From Paragordius varius (lineage: Eukaryota; Animalia; Nematomorpha), in assembly GCA_964247055.1 (NCBI GenBank), contig OZ176051.1:5642001-5706000 (forward strand): DNA of 64,000 nucleotides, read 5' to 3'. The notes under the pieces were generated by a model that made no database searches, had not been told where the DNA came from, and saw only the letters and a list, made by a program, of their open reading frames with translations. The translations under genes and the position numbers were made by a program. Shown here one piece after another: positions 1-10,395 of this stretch (the stretch's first letter is position 1; each line of letters starts with the position of its first letter).

Positions 1-708
1 TGATTTATTTTGTTGTCCATTCTACGTTAAAGCTATCAACGCTCCTATTAATTTACAAATGTTACCAGATTTGCAATCCAAGAATGAATTAAAATTATTA
101 TTTGAGCAAACAAATAAAATTGAATTTTATAAATAATATATAACGTTTGATAAATTTCCTAATTAAAGAATTTTTGCACAAAGGTTAATTTGTGCTTTTG
201 GGTCGTGCACTTATCTTCGTGAAAGTTTTTTTTCTAAAATGAAATACACAAAATCTCTTTCACGTTCTTTATTAACTGATGAAAACTTGGAGAATGAATT
301 GAGATGTGCTGTATAAAATAATGATATAGATCTGAATAAACAAAAAAATTAAACAAATATCCCATTAAAAATTTAATTATGCAATGAAAAATATTTATTT
401 CTTTTATTAGATAAAAAAGGTTACATTTTGGCGATTAAATTCGCCACAGTCTACTCTAGTCATACTATCGAATTGCAATAAGTTTACCATATCCATGTAT
501 TTTTATCTTTTTTTTATCCATTGATATAATTTAATTAGCAAAGCATTATTATATTTATACTGTTTATTTTCTTTTTGATATGAAAATTACATCTATATGT
601 TAACATAATAAATTTATTTGTTACCAATGTCATATAAATAAAAAGTGGCTCTTTGGAATTTTGAGGTCGAAAAGGTGGCTCTTCAAGCCATTTGTGTTGG
701 ACTCCCTG
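1..708 (+). mobile_element. 3' end of a decayed hAT (Buster/GTF2IRD2-like) DNA transposon
   Basis: Frame from nt 2 reads ...LICAFGSCTYLRESFFSKMKYTKSLSRSLLTDENLENELRCAV with in-frame stops, matching the hAT C-terminal dimerisation region. Subterminal AAAA(A/G)GTGGCTCT repeats at ~641-682. Terminus ...GTTGGACTCCCTG ends at 708 (reverse complement CAGGGAGTCCAAC), followed by CTTTAAAA, which fits the nnnTAnnn Buster target pattern. Confidence 0.85.
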
Positions 709-789
709 CTTTAAAACAATCTAGTTTATAACAAATATTTTTTCATTTTTTTGCATACATCTTTTATATTTGTGAAGTATCATTATATA

Positions 790-1320
790 CAAGTGGCTGT
801 TACAGAAACATCATGTGTGGAAGAGCATCAAGGGACCTCCTCTGTAGACATTGGCGATGTAAGTCTGCTACACATTTTCTTGTATACCCTGATATAAAGA
901 AAATTGTAAAGACGGAAAAATTGTTAACTATATGATTTTCGTTGTCAGAGCAATTTAACTTGATTCACCTTGAAATAATTTTTGTAAATCTATAACTTGC
1001 TTGCCATTTGTCATTTCATAGATTTTAAGTCATTGTGATGTTATCATAAATCTTGAATTAGTTGCCAATTATGTATATCGATTATTTCCCAACTTTGATT
1101 TTAACGTGCTCAGTATATACTTTTTATTGCATATATTTGTTAGAAGCCCTGAATAATGATATGACGTTGGCTGAGGCAAGTAAAAGCATGGAAGGCGATA
1201 AGGGGCAAGTCTGCCACACCCTTTTCTGGATAATCAGTATCAGGGGTGAAAGAACATCAATCTAACTTGACAGTTTCAGTCTGTACAATACTCCCCAATG
1301 CCCTTACAAAGCCTTTACGG
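790..1320 (-). mobile_element. Highly decayed LINE reverse-transcriptase relic
   Basis: Minus-strand frame IQKRVWQTCPLSPSMLLL resembles the RT motif GVRQGCPLSP. Locally higher GC, many stops and frameshifts. Confidence 0.35.
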
Positions 1321-1375
1321 GGGATAATTGAATTGATATTTACCTGCGTGTAAATTAACGCAGAAAAGTTTCGTT

Positions 1376-4300
1376 ATGATAATTATTTTATTTTCTCTGC
1401 TGACATGCTTAATTTATTCCCATGCAACTCTTTCCAAATTGGATAAAAAAAGTAGTCCGAAAGAAAAGGTTGGTATATATAATAAAAATTAGGCAAAAAC
1501 CATCCTATCCATTGAAAAAAGGAATTTAGTGAAAGAAGTTTTTGATGTAGAATCGTACTCACAAAACGCATATTTATATTGCAAATCCACAGAATGCATG
1601 ACGAAAAAATTTCCCAACAAAGTTTTAGCCTATCTTACACCAGTTCATAAATATTAATAACTGTAGTGGAATAAAAAAGGATATGAATATGCTAAAATAT
1701 TTTCAAACAAAATTGATTATCTATCCCCTGTTTGGTACGTGGTCAAACCCAATTGCAACATCGAAACGTTTATGGATAAAAGTAATTATATATTTAAATT
1801 TAGCATGGTTTGACGAGTTTCCCAGAGACCACACTAAAATAGGTATAAATATTTAAGAAAATTAGTTCCCAGATTTAAATTTGAAGAATGGGATGCAAAT
1901 GCCTATAAAATGTTAAAAGATGAATATGAAATACAAAAATGCGTTGATAAAATATCGCATATTTTACAACAATTTGACGGATTGGTATTAGAAATCTGGC
2001 ATGGTGACACATTTTTGTCCAAAACGTAAAAATTATCTTTGTAATTTTAGTAAATCCATAAAATTCATTAAAAGCCTTTCTGAAAGCATACATTCTGCAA
2101 ATAAAATGTTATTTTTTGTTATTCCACCACCTTTTTACAATGAGTATGAATTTTTGATAAAGTTAGGACAAATGGATATTTGATTACTCCAGGAGATATA
2201 GAACCAATATCTGCAATGGTTGACGGTTTTAGCATAAATACCTATGACTATTCAGACAATCTTATGCTGTAAAACCTTTTTAATAATTATATTTTATATT
2301 ATATAATATGCTTCATATTAGGACACATATTTTTTGAGCGAAATATTAATGTGCATTTATTATAAAAACGCGATACGAAGGCTTGTGTAAATCGGCCCAA
2401 CAAAAAATATTGTCGCACATGGGTTTACCATCATATATTCTTATCCAGGTATTTAATAAAATGTCTGAGGTAGCTCCTTACTGTTAATATTACTTCCTAC
2501 ATTTTTACACGTTTCTGAGCAGAGGGCATCACTCCCTTGTCCGGTGCTTCCAAAGATATACCATTTGCATTTCTGTCTTTTAAAACTTCAAGATAATCTA
2601 TGCAAGTTGGTTCAAAAGTGTTCTTACTTTGATCAATTAAATCATTTAATCTTTCTTCATTTAACTTAATTTTAAAATAAATATCTTAAGGCGTAGTTAA
2701 GAAAAATATAAGTTCTGGGATATATTTTTGTTAATAGCATCAAAAAGTTAAAATATTGTTGAATTCGAACATAATTCGAAACAAAAAAAGTTGTTTTTTA
2801 ATGAAAAATAATTCTAAATATAATAATATATATGGATAAAGATATTAGGTTAAAATAATAATAAAATAAACTACATATAGTAAAACGTTTAATACAACAA
2901 AGAATAATTAATTGATTATATGATACTAATTGATACACAAATTTGTTGTTGTTGAGCTTGTAGTTGGTTATCGACTTTAGCGATTTAACAGGTCCACTCG
3001 GTTCTTTCGTGGGATTTTTGAGATGGTTTTTGCAGTGACAATTTGGAAAGTGATAAGATTTCATTTATCCAGCGAATACATCTTCGTCCTCTTCCTCTCT
3101 TGCCATTTACTTTTCCTAACATAATATCCTTTTCCAAAGAATGTCCCCGAATAATGTGTCCAAAGTAACCGAATTTTTGTTTTATTATTTTACCCCGAAG
3201 CGTTGTTTGTGCGTAGATTTTGTTTATGATGTTGTGTTTTTTATTTTGTCCTTCCATGTTATACTAAATATTTTTCTCCAGTAAAACATTTCAAACGCGT
3301 TTATTTCTCGTCTTCATTTTTAATAGTCCAACTTTCACATCCGTATAACATGAGAGGAAATATTAATGCGCTCATTGGTCGGATTTTGATACGCAATCTA
3401 CGCCTCAACAAAAAGATTTAAGTCACTCAACCACAAACTGTTCCCCATCGGATGGCGGCGCTCTCGTCGATTGTCGTTTGGCCGTATTAAGCCTTTCCTT
3501 TGCATCTAGCAATTTTAGTCTTAAATTGCCCCTTTTACAATTCTCCTATCACCATTCATCACTTGGATAAATCAATCTTAAGGCGAACACGCTGCAAAAC
3601 TTATACGCCCAAGCCATGTCCTATTAGACCGTGCGCGGCAAAAAATAAATGTTGATGATCCATATATCAACAGATAGCTAAGGCTTCAAGATAATTAATA
3701 TTGAAATGATATATGCGGTTAAAATACTAGAAAAACAGTTATTTAAGTTTTTCTATTATTAGCCAAAATCAAAAAATCGCCTTTTTTCGCCCATTAGATT
3801 AAATAAATTTAATTCAATAGATGAAAAGAGTCAACCAATTTTATTTGTGTTAATATAGCATAAGGATAATTTTAAACGCATATTATCAAGAAAGAGTTAT
3901 ATTTTTACAGATGCCAGAAAGATTTAAGCTAAAAATTGCACTTTAGCGTCTAATTTGAATCATAGAAATTTATTAATATGCGGTAAAATATTTTAATTTT
4001 TATTTCGCTCTTAAAAAAAATTTAAGCATTATATAAAAAAGAAAATTTTTCGATAAAACCGGAAGCTGCGCATAATTATTAAAAAACATCCAATAAATAT
4101 ATATATATATTATAAATGCTTTTTCTATATATTTTATGCAATCATCTCAGATTTTATTTAAGGCTTTTTTTTGCTTTAAAATCGGTATTAAAAGCCAAAA
4201 TGGCACCAAAAATATATAAATTTCGGAAAACTGTAAGTGAGCAAAGTTGAAAAACTGCTGAATGCAGAGGAAATGCTACAATACGACAAACAACAGTGTC

Positions 4301-6952
4301 GACGAGAGCCGCGTCTTTAAAAATTACAAGGAAGACTTCTCACGTGGGGGACAGTTTGTGGTTTTCTGTTTGTTAGGGATTAATTGCATATTAATTTTTA
4401 TCATAAAATCACTTGAAACGTGTAAAAGCATAGGAAGGCGGTAAGAGTCGTCTTTGTGGACAGAAACGGTAGGGATCACGCCTGTCACGCTCTTTTCTGG
4501 ATACCTGGATATAAATAATTATTCTTTTGTTTCAAATATTAATAAATTTTATATCTTTGATAATGTTAAATTTTTGTATAAATTAAAAGTACATAAATAC
4601 AGTTTAGCTTTAGACAGAGTATTCTAAATTTACGGGTTATTACTTAAATATAATGAATTGTGAAAGCAGTAACATTCGCCTGCCCCAGGCTAACAGAGAT
4701 GATGGAAAAAATTGTGCATTTCACTGGCATGCTACACATATAATGTAAGAGTCCATCGCCCTCTCAACACGATATTCAAAGTATATCCATCCATCCATTC
4801 ATTTTTAGGTCCCAGGGTATCTGGGGTTTCCATGCACCAACTTCCTGAACAATGTCCTATCAAAGACTTGTTCGTGTTCAATATTGAAGTGTGATAGATC
4901 TTGGGTCAGCTGTTTGGACCATGTGAGCTTAGGGCGGCCTTTTCTGTTTGGGCCGGGTATATTTAAATGTTGTATTTTTTGGACCCAGTTCTCGGAATTC
5001 ATACGTTGAATATGTCCGTAATATCGCAATCGATTGCGCTGGATGAATAAAGCTATGGGTTCATCTTCTTCTATGGTATTATCAAAATTATTGTTGCAGA
5101 TTTTGAGCATGTGATTTTCAGCTCTAGTAAGTCTATTTAGGTCTGTTGCTGTAAGGGCCCAGGTTTCTGTAGCGTATGTCATAGCTGGTCTTATTCCCAT
5201 TTTGTAAATCTTTATCTTGTGATTCGATTTGATATATTTATTAGTTAAAATATATTTTAATTGATTGAATTTGGCCCATCCTTGTCTGATTCTATGAGAA
5301 ATGGCATCCCTCAAAGAACCATCAGATGCTATATAATCGCCCAGATATGGGAAAGATGTTACCACTTCTAGTTTATCTCCATTAAAGTTTATAGTACGTG
5401 GATTTGATATTGGCTGTGGTATTGATGAAGCACATGGTGTGCAGATGAAATTATTATTATTAATTAACTTTCCTTTTATGTTGGAACATTTTTTATGGAC
5501 CCAATTTCTACATTTTGTACAACAAAGTGAGTTTAGTTTTACCTCAGTGGAGCACACTGGGCATGGGAACTTTATAGTTTTATGTTCATCTCCTGTGATT
5601 AGAATTTTAATTTAAATTTTCAATATAAAAAGTTATGTAAAAACTGATCTTCTTACTAAAATTAATTTAATTTTACATAATTTCTATCAAACTATGATGA
5701 ATTATTAAATATATTTAGTTACACTGATATATTATTTTGGATATTTTTCATTTATGGTTAATAAATTTAATAAATACATTGTAACGTTTAATTTATTTTT
5801 TCCATAACGCCTTTGATTTTAAGTATCAAAAAATTTCACAATAATTTGCACGTTATTTAAAATAGAATTGGCCCAATAAGTCCATATGAATGGATTCGGA
5901 AATGCATCCAAACATTTATTAATGGTTCCACCACAAGCGATATAAGATCGAAATTGTACATTGGATTAAATTTTTATGGTAAAATTTTTCATATCCATAT
6001 ATTTTTGGCCGTTCACTTAATTTTGTGTGTGTATGTGTGAGGGTAATTTTATCCTTTTTCCTAGCATATATTGTTAATATTTTGCAAAAATATAAGACAA
6101 ATAAAAGAATTTTATTCTTATAAACTATATTCATAGGCAATGATTATAGCCTAAGTGCAATAGAACGAATGTCTGCGGGTCTCAAACCAAATACTGATGT
6201 CATCCCTGCCCGAAAAATAATTAATCATGAATATGTGCATTTACTCAAAACTTATCATCCACAATGCCAATGGATCGAAGATTGGAAAGAGCATTTATGT
6301 CGTTATACAAAGTAATTATTTTTAACTTTTTTGTAAATTAAAACTTAAGTTTTTTTAAGTATATTTAAAAATAAAGGTAATATTGGTAAAAAAACATTTG
6401 CTAAACTGTTGTATTTTCACACAAGTTTTTAACATTTTAGGATAATTTCTAATTCAAGAAAAAAAGGCAGAAAATATTTTCAACTAAATTATGAGGGCAC
6501 GTGTAAGAAATTAGGGTTATAAAATTTTTAAGTGTATACAGAAATGAAAAATGGTTTTGTCACTACTTATATATTGATTTCAAAATATTTTTTCAGTAAA
6601 TAAAAACATTTTTAAAAATTATTAAATAAATAACTATGATTCACTATAATATCTAATTTGAATTCTATATTTTTTCAATTATATGACAAAATTATAGTTG
6701 TTTATATAAAAAACCACAATTTTTTTTATTCTTTAATTAAATGCTAGAATTTTAAAGCCACCTTTTACTCCTTATATTTTTAAACTTTTATATTTATTAT
6801 TCATTAGTTCCACTAATAAAGATGTTCGTGCCCTTTTCTATCCAACCCTTTATTCCATTTCACAACGTCTTAAACTTGCAGAAGAGTTGGATGTTAATGT
6901 GGCTATTTGGGAGTTGGGACAGGCTCTTGACATATTTTTTGAATTATTGTAG
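1376..6952 (+). CDS. CHID1: Chitinase domain-containing protein 1 (GH18-like, non-catalytic SI-CLP type), 394 aa, 10 exons
   Basis: Exons 1376-1468, 1493-1642, 1667-1781, 1804-1842, 1866-2025, 2051-2143, 2167-2268, 5866-5978, 6137-6311, 6808-6952. All junctions are GT-AG and phases are consistent (1185 nt). Signal peptide [21 protein letters not shown]. Family motifs [58 protein letters not shown] and C-terminal [15 protein letters not shown]. Confidence 0.95.
2943..3390 (-). mobile_element. 5'-truncated RTE-clade (BovB-like) LINE fragment in CHID1 intron 7
   Basis: Minus strand reads [17 protein letters not shown], then a frameshift, then [16 protein letters not shown] and [35 protein letters not shown], the typical RTE RT C-terminus. 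Short (CAA)n 3' tail at ~2943-2955. Confidence 0.85.
3450..4320. mobile_element. Non-autonomous DNA element with long imperfect terminal inverted repeats (Kolobok-like)
   Basis: Left arm CTCTCGTCGATTGTCGTTTGGCCGTATTAAGCCTTTCCTTTGCATCTAGCA (from 3461) aligns with the reverse complement of ~4255-4310 (CTCTCGTCGACACTGTTGTTTGTCGTATTGTAGCATTTCCTCTGCATTCAGCA). The right end is ...GTCT-TTAA, i.e. TTAA|AG on the other strand. The superfamily call is an inference. Confidence 0.55.
4783..5630 (-). mobile_element. 5'-truncated RTE-clade LINE with a PHD-like finger; open frame of >260 codons
   Basis: ORF 4805-5557 extends upstream in frame ([19 protein letters not shown]). It contains CPVC..CTKC..WVHKKC..CTPC, then [35 protein letters not shown] and GRPKLTW. 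(GGAT)n tail at ~4785-4800. Confidence 0.9.
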
Positions 6953-7384
6953 CACCTTATTTACCAAATTAATAATTTAAACTGTGATTCTTTTATTTTC
7001 ATCAAGGTTAATCCTAATAAATGGAGGTTAATTTATTTGATATGTCAACACATAATTCCGTTGAGTTATTTAAAGCTTGGAGCACATATGTTTGTTTGTA
7101 AAATAAATATACTTTTATCTCTAAAGCAAAGTATTCAATACTCTTATTTGGCAAAAACGGGCAAAATTAAAACTACCTTTGAAACGATCTCAGAGATGGG
7201 ATTTAATTACAGTAGCACAATAATAAGTATCATTTAACATAAATACCGCTACTTAAAACCATGGGAAATGTATGAAATTAACAATGATATTTCATGGATA
7301 GGCGAGTTAAAATTTGGTCCTGAGCTTCGCCTGTTCAAGGGCCTCGTGGGCGTCTAATGTTCCTTCACGACCACACGCCATTCT

Positions 7385-8180
7385 ATATATAACCATTTTT
7401 CAGTCATAATCAACATTTATTCATCCAAACGCAACATTTTTTTAACCAAAGCAACTTTTTTCAAAACGCACATTTTTTCATCCAAAGTTGCGTTTGCTTG
7501 AAAAAATCATATCATACAGTAAAAACGGCTAAAGTCTTACTGCTCCTTCCCAGTAGTGATGGTGGGTTTCCATTTGTCGAATTACATGTAGAGTCTAATT
7601 TTGTATTTTTTTCACAAGGCATATGTTTGAAGGATCATGGCAAACTTAATTTTGAAGTCTAAACGGGATGAGTACCATTCTTTTATGTTTAAGTTAAAAA
7701 AAATTGATTTTTAAGGCATTATGTGAATAATAAGAAAATAAACGCATCCTATTAAATTTTAATATTATAGAGGCATATTTTTAATATAAATGTAAAAAAA
7801 TTGCTAAACTTTAATTAAAAATTATTATTAAATATAATTTAATATTTGAACCACTTTTTGTTCCCATCTGTTGATTCAGAATTGTAAATATACCATTTTC
7901 AGTTAAAAACCACATTTATTCAACCAAACCCAACTTTCAAGCAAGCGAATTTTTCGTCCAAAAGCAATCAAGCAAAGACAACTGAAAAAATGTTGTTGCT
8001 TGATAAAGTGTTGCGTTTACCTGAACAAATGTTGTCTATGTTAAAAAAAGTTGCGTTTGGTTGAAAAAATGTTGTCTTTGCTTGAAAAATATTCCGTGGT
8101 TAAAAAATGTTCTGTTTGTTTAAAAAATATTGCGTTTGGTAAAAAAATGTTGCTTTTGCCTGAAAAAGGGTATAGTAACG
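7385..8180. repeat. Foldback-like element with ~20-21 bp subterminal tandem units in inverted orientation
   Basis: CAACATTTTT/CCAAACGCAAC units at ~7385-7490 and again at ~7890-7960. About eight AAAAAATGTTGC(G)TTTGG-like units in the opposite orientation at ~7985-8165. The reverse complement of 8110-8175 aligns with 7385-7450. Confidence 0.55.
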
Positions 8181-9133
8181 TTTTCACATAACGTCAACTC
8201 TTTATTAATAAGATAGATTATGTTGTAAATCAAAACTATTAAATGAACGTTAGGTCTGCTAATCATCATTTTTAATATTATTTAAAAACTTTAATTTATA
8301 CAGTTTTGTAAGTTTTTCCGTCTAAAAACTATTTTGTGTTAAAATCGGGGGGTAAAAAAATATCTGGTAAAATGTATATATTCTGGTAGTATCAAGATAC
8401 TAATGGGGCTTTTGGTTCATGGCCTTAATATAAGAAAGTTATTTGGACTTTTGGTAATTGTTCGATGTGGTAAAATCGCAAAATAAATGAATATATGTAT
8501 GATAAAAATTTTTTAGTAAAACCTGAATGCTTTATTCCAAAAAAATATCATTATTATGCACGCAATGTCTGCAAGAGATATATATTTTTTAATAGAGAAA
8601 TATATCAGGATTATAATGGTAGTTTTGGTTTTTGCCCTTACGAATAATTCTAAAAAAGTTATTTTTACTTTTGTGGCAAGTTTTCCACATCGGAAAAAGG
8701 AAAAATTTACGCATATTTTGTTAAAATATTGGTGAAACTAAATGCCTCATTAACACTATAATCTTATAAATTTTTTATTAAGATAAAAAACGAAAATTGA
8801 AAGCAAATTATACCGCACAAAAATTAAGAAAAAGTATCAAGAAATTATTTAATTATAATATTGATAAAAGAATCTATAATTGACCACTCTGTTACGTATA
8901 AGCATAAAAAAGAACATATATGTAAAACACTTCACTTAATACGTCAAATGTCTAAATTTATTATATCACAATGGTGCGCATTTTTAAAAAATAATACACA
9001 TGTATCGCAATAAATTTTTTCCCTTTTGGCATTCCTTTTGATTTATTATTATAAGCCATTCCCATTAAAAATACACCTTTGTGTGGTTTCTCAATTTTAT
9101 ACTTGTAAAAATGGCTAGTTCTTTTAGTACTTC

Positions 9134-9672
9134 ACCTTTTGGGGTATTTTTATATACCTCAATTTGAAATTAAAATATCTTAAATCAAGGAATTAACGTT
9201 CCATTACTTTTGGGTTAGATAAAATCCTAGGATTAGAAATAACATATTAAAGTATTCAAGTTATTAAGTCGAATTCAAAAATATGCTTTATTTAGCCTTT
9301 TAAGCGCATTACAAAAAAACTTTTTAATTGTAAAAAATACTCCGCTCAAACATTTTTATCGCCATTTTTTTATATAGAATTTTTTACGCTAATGGAACAG
9401 GCAAATAAATGTGTATCATGGTTAGAAATGTAAATAATTACCTTAAAAGCTTTCAGGATACATTCCAGCAAAAACTTGATTTATTTCGATATTATCAGCT
9501 GTTTTAAATCGTTTTGCGATGTCCCAATAAACTCAAGATGTCACTAAATTGAATTTATATGTTTTTTATCTAATTTATGAGAACAATGCTGATAATACAA
9601 GTTTAACTAAAATTTTCAAAACTGTAAATTTTTTTAAAATTGATTCTTCGATATAAAACTACCCCAAAAGGT
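9134..9672 (+). mobile_element. Non-autonomous inverted-repeat (MITE-like) family, copy A; probably the core of a longer TTAA-ended element ending at 9969
   Basis: Inverted repeats CCTTTTGGGGTATTTTTATATAC (left) and GATATAAAACTACCCCAAAAGG (right). Internal ATATGCTTTATTTAGCCTTTTAAGCGC is shared with the copies at 30.5, 34.2, 38.1 and 55.7 kb. The right flank ends in CAGTGTTAA at 9969. Confidence 0.6.
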
Positions 9673-10395
9673 AAACTAGGACAAGAACGTGAAAAGTTAA
9701 GGAAAATCTGTAATTTTTTATCGCAAATTTTCAAGATCTCTGGGTTAATTTTAAGAGTACTAGTTCATTTTAAAAGGACGAAAAAAATTCGTACTTTTGA
9801 AGCCATATAATTTAAGAAATATATTGTTTTGCATAGTATATCGTATATTTTGCTTGGAATAAAGCACTTAGCTTTATGCGCAAATTTTGTTTCACGATAT
9901 CAAACTAAGACAAATGCAACTTCTAATATCACTCGTGAGCCCCATCCCTATTTTTGGACCCAGTGTTAAGTGGCTCGATAATAATCATCCCATTCACAAT
10001 ATCCAATGTTATATTTATATCTACCCAAACGTTTATTCAAAATTCTCATAACATGCATTAAATATATTTCAAAAACTTTATATTATATCTACCAAATTAA
10101 ATTATTAATTATTATACGTTATAATATATTTAAAAATTTAATTCGCATAAAAATTTTAAACTTTATAATTAGATGTTTGTTAAAGTATAAAACAATTTTT
10201 AAAATATGATAACAAAATTTTAACCATAGAATAAACTTATAATAATTTTAACTGTGCATGTGCGTTATCTAAAAAAAATTATTAGATTTTTTGTAAAATT
10301 TTGTATTCCATGATAAAACAGTTGTTGAATTCATACATTGGTAACGGAGATTTTACCCTTTTAAATTCAAAATTGGGTTAACAAAAAATATTTAA

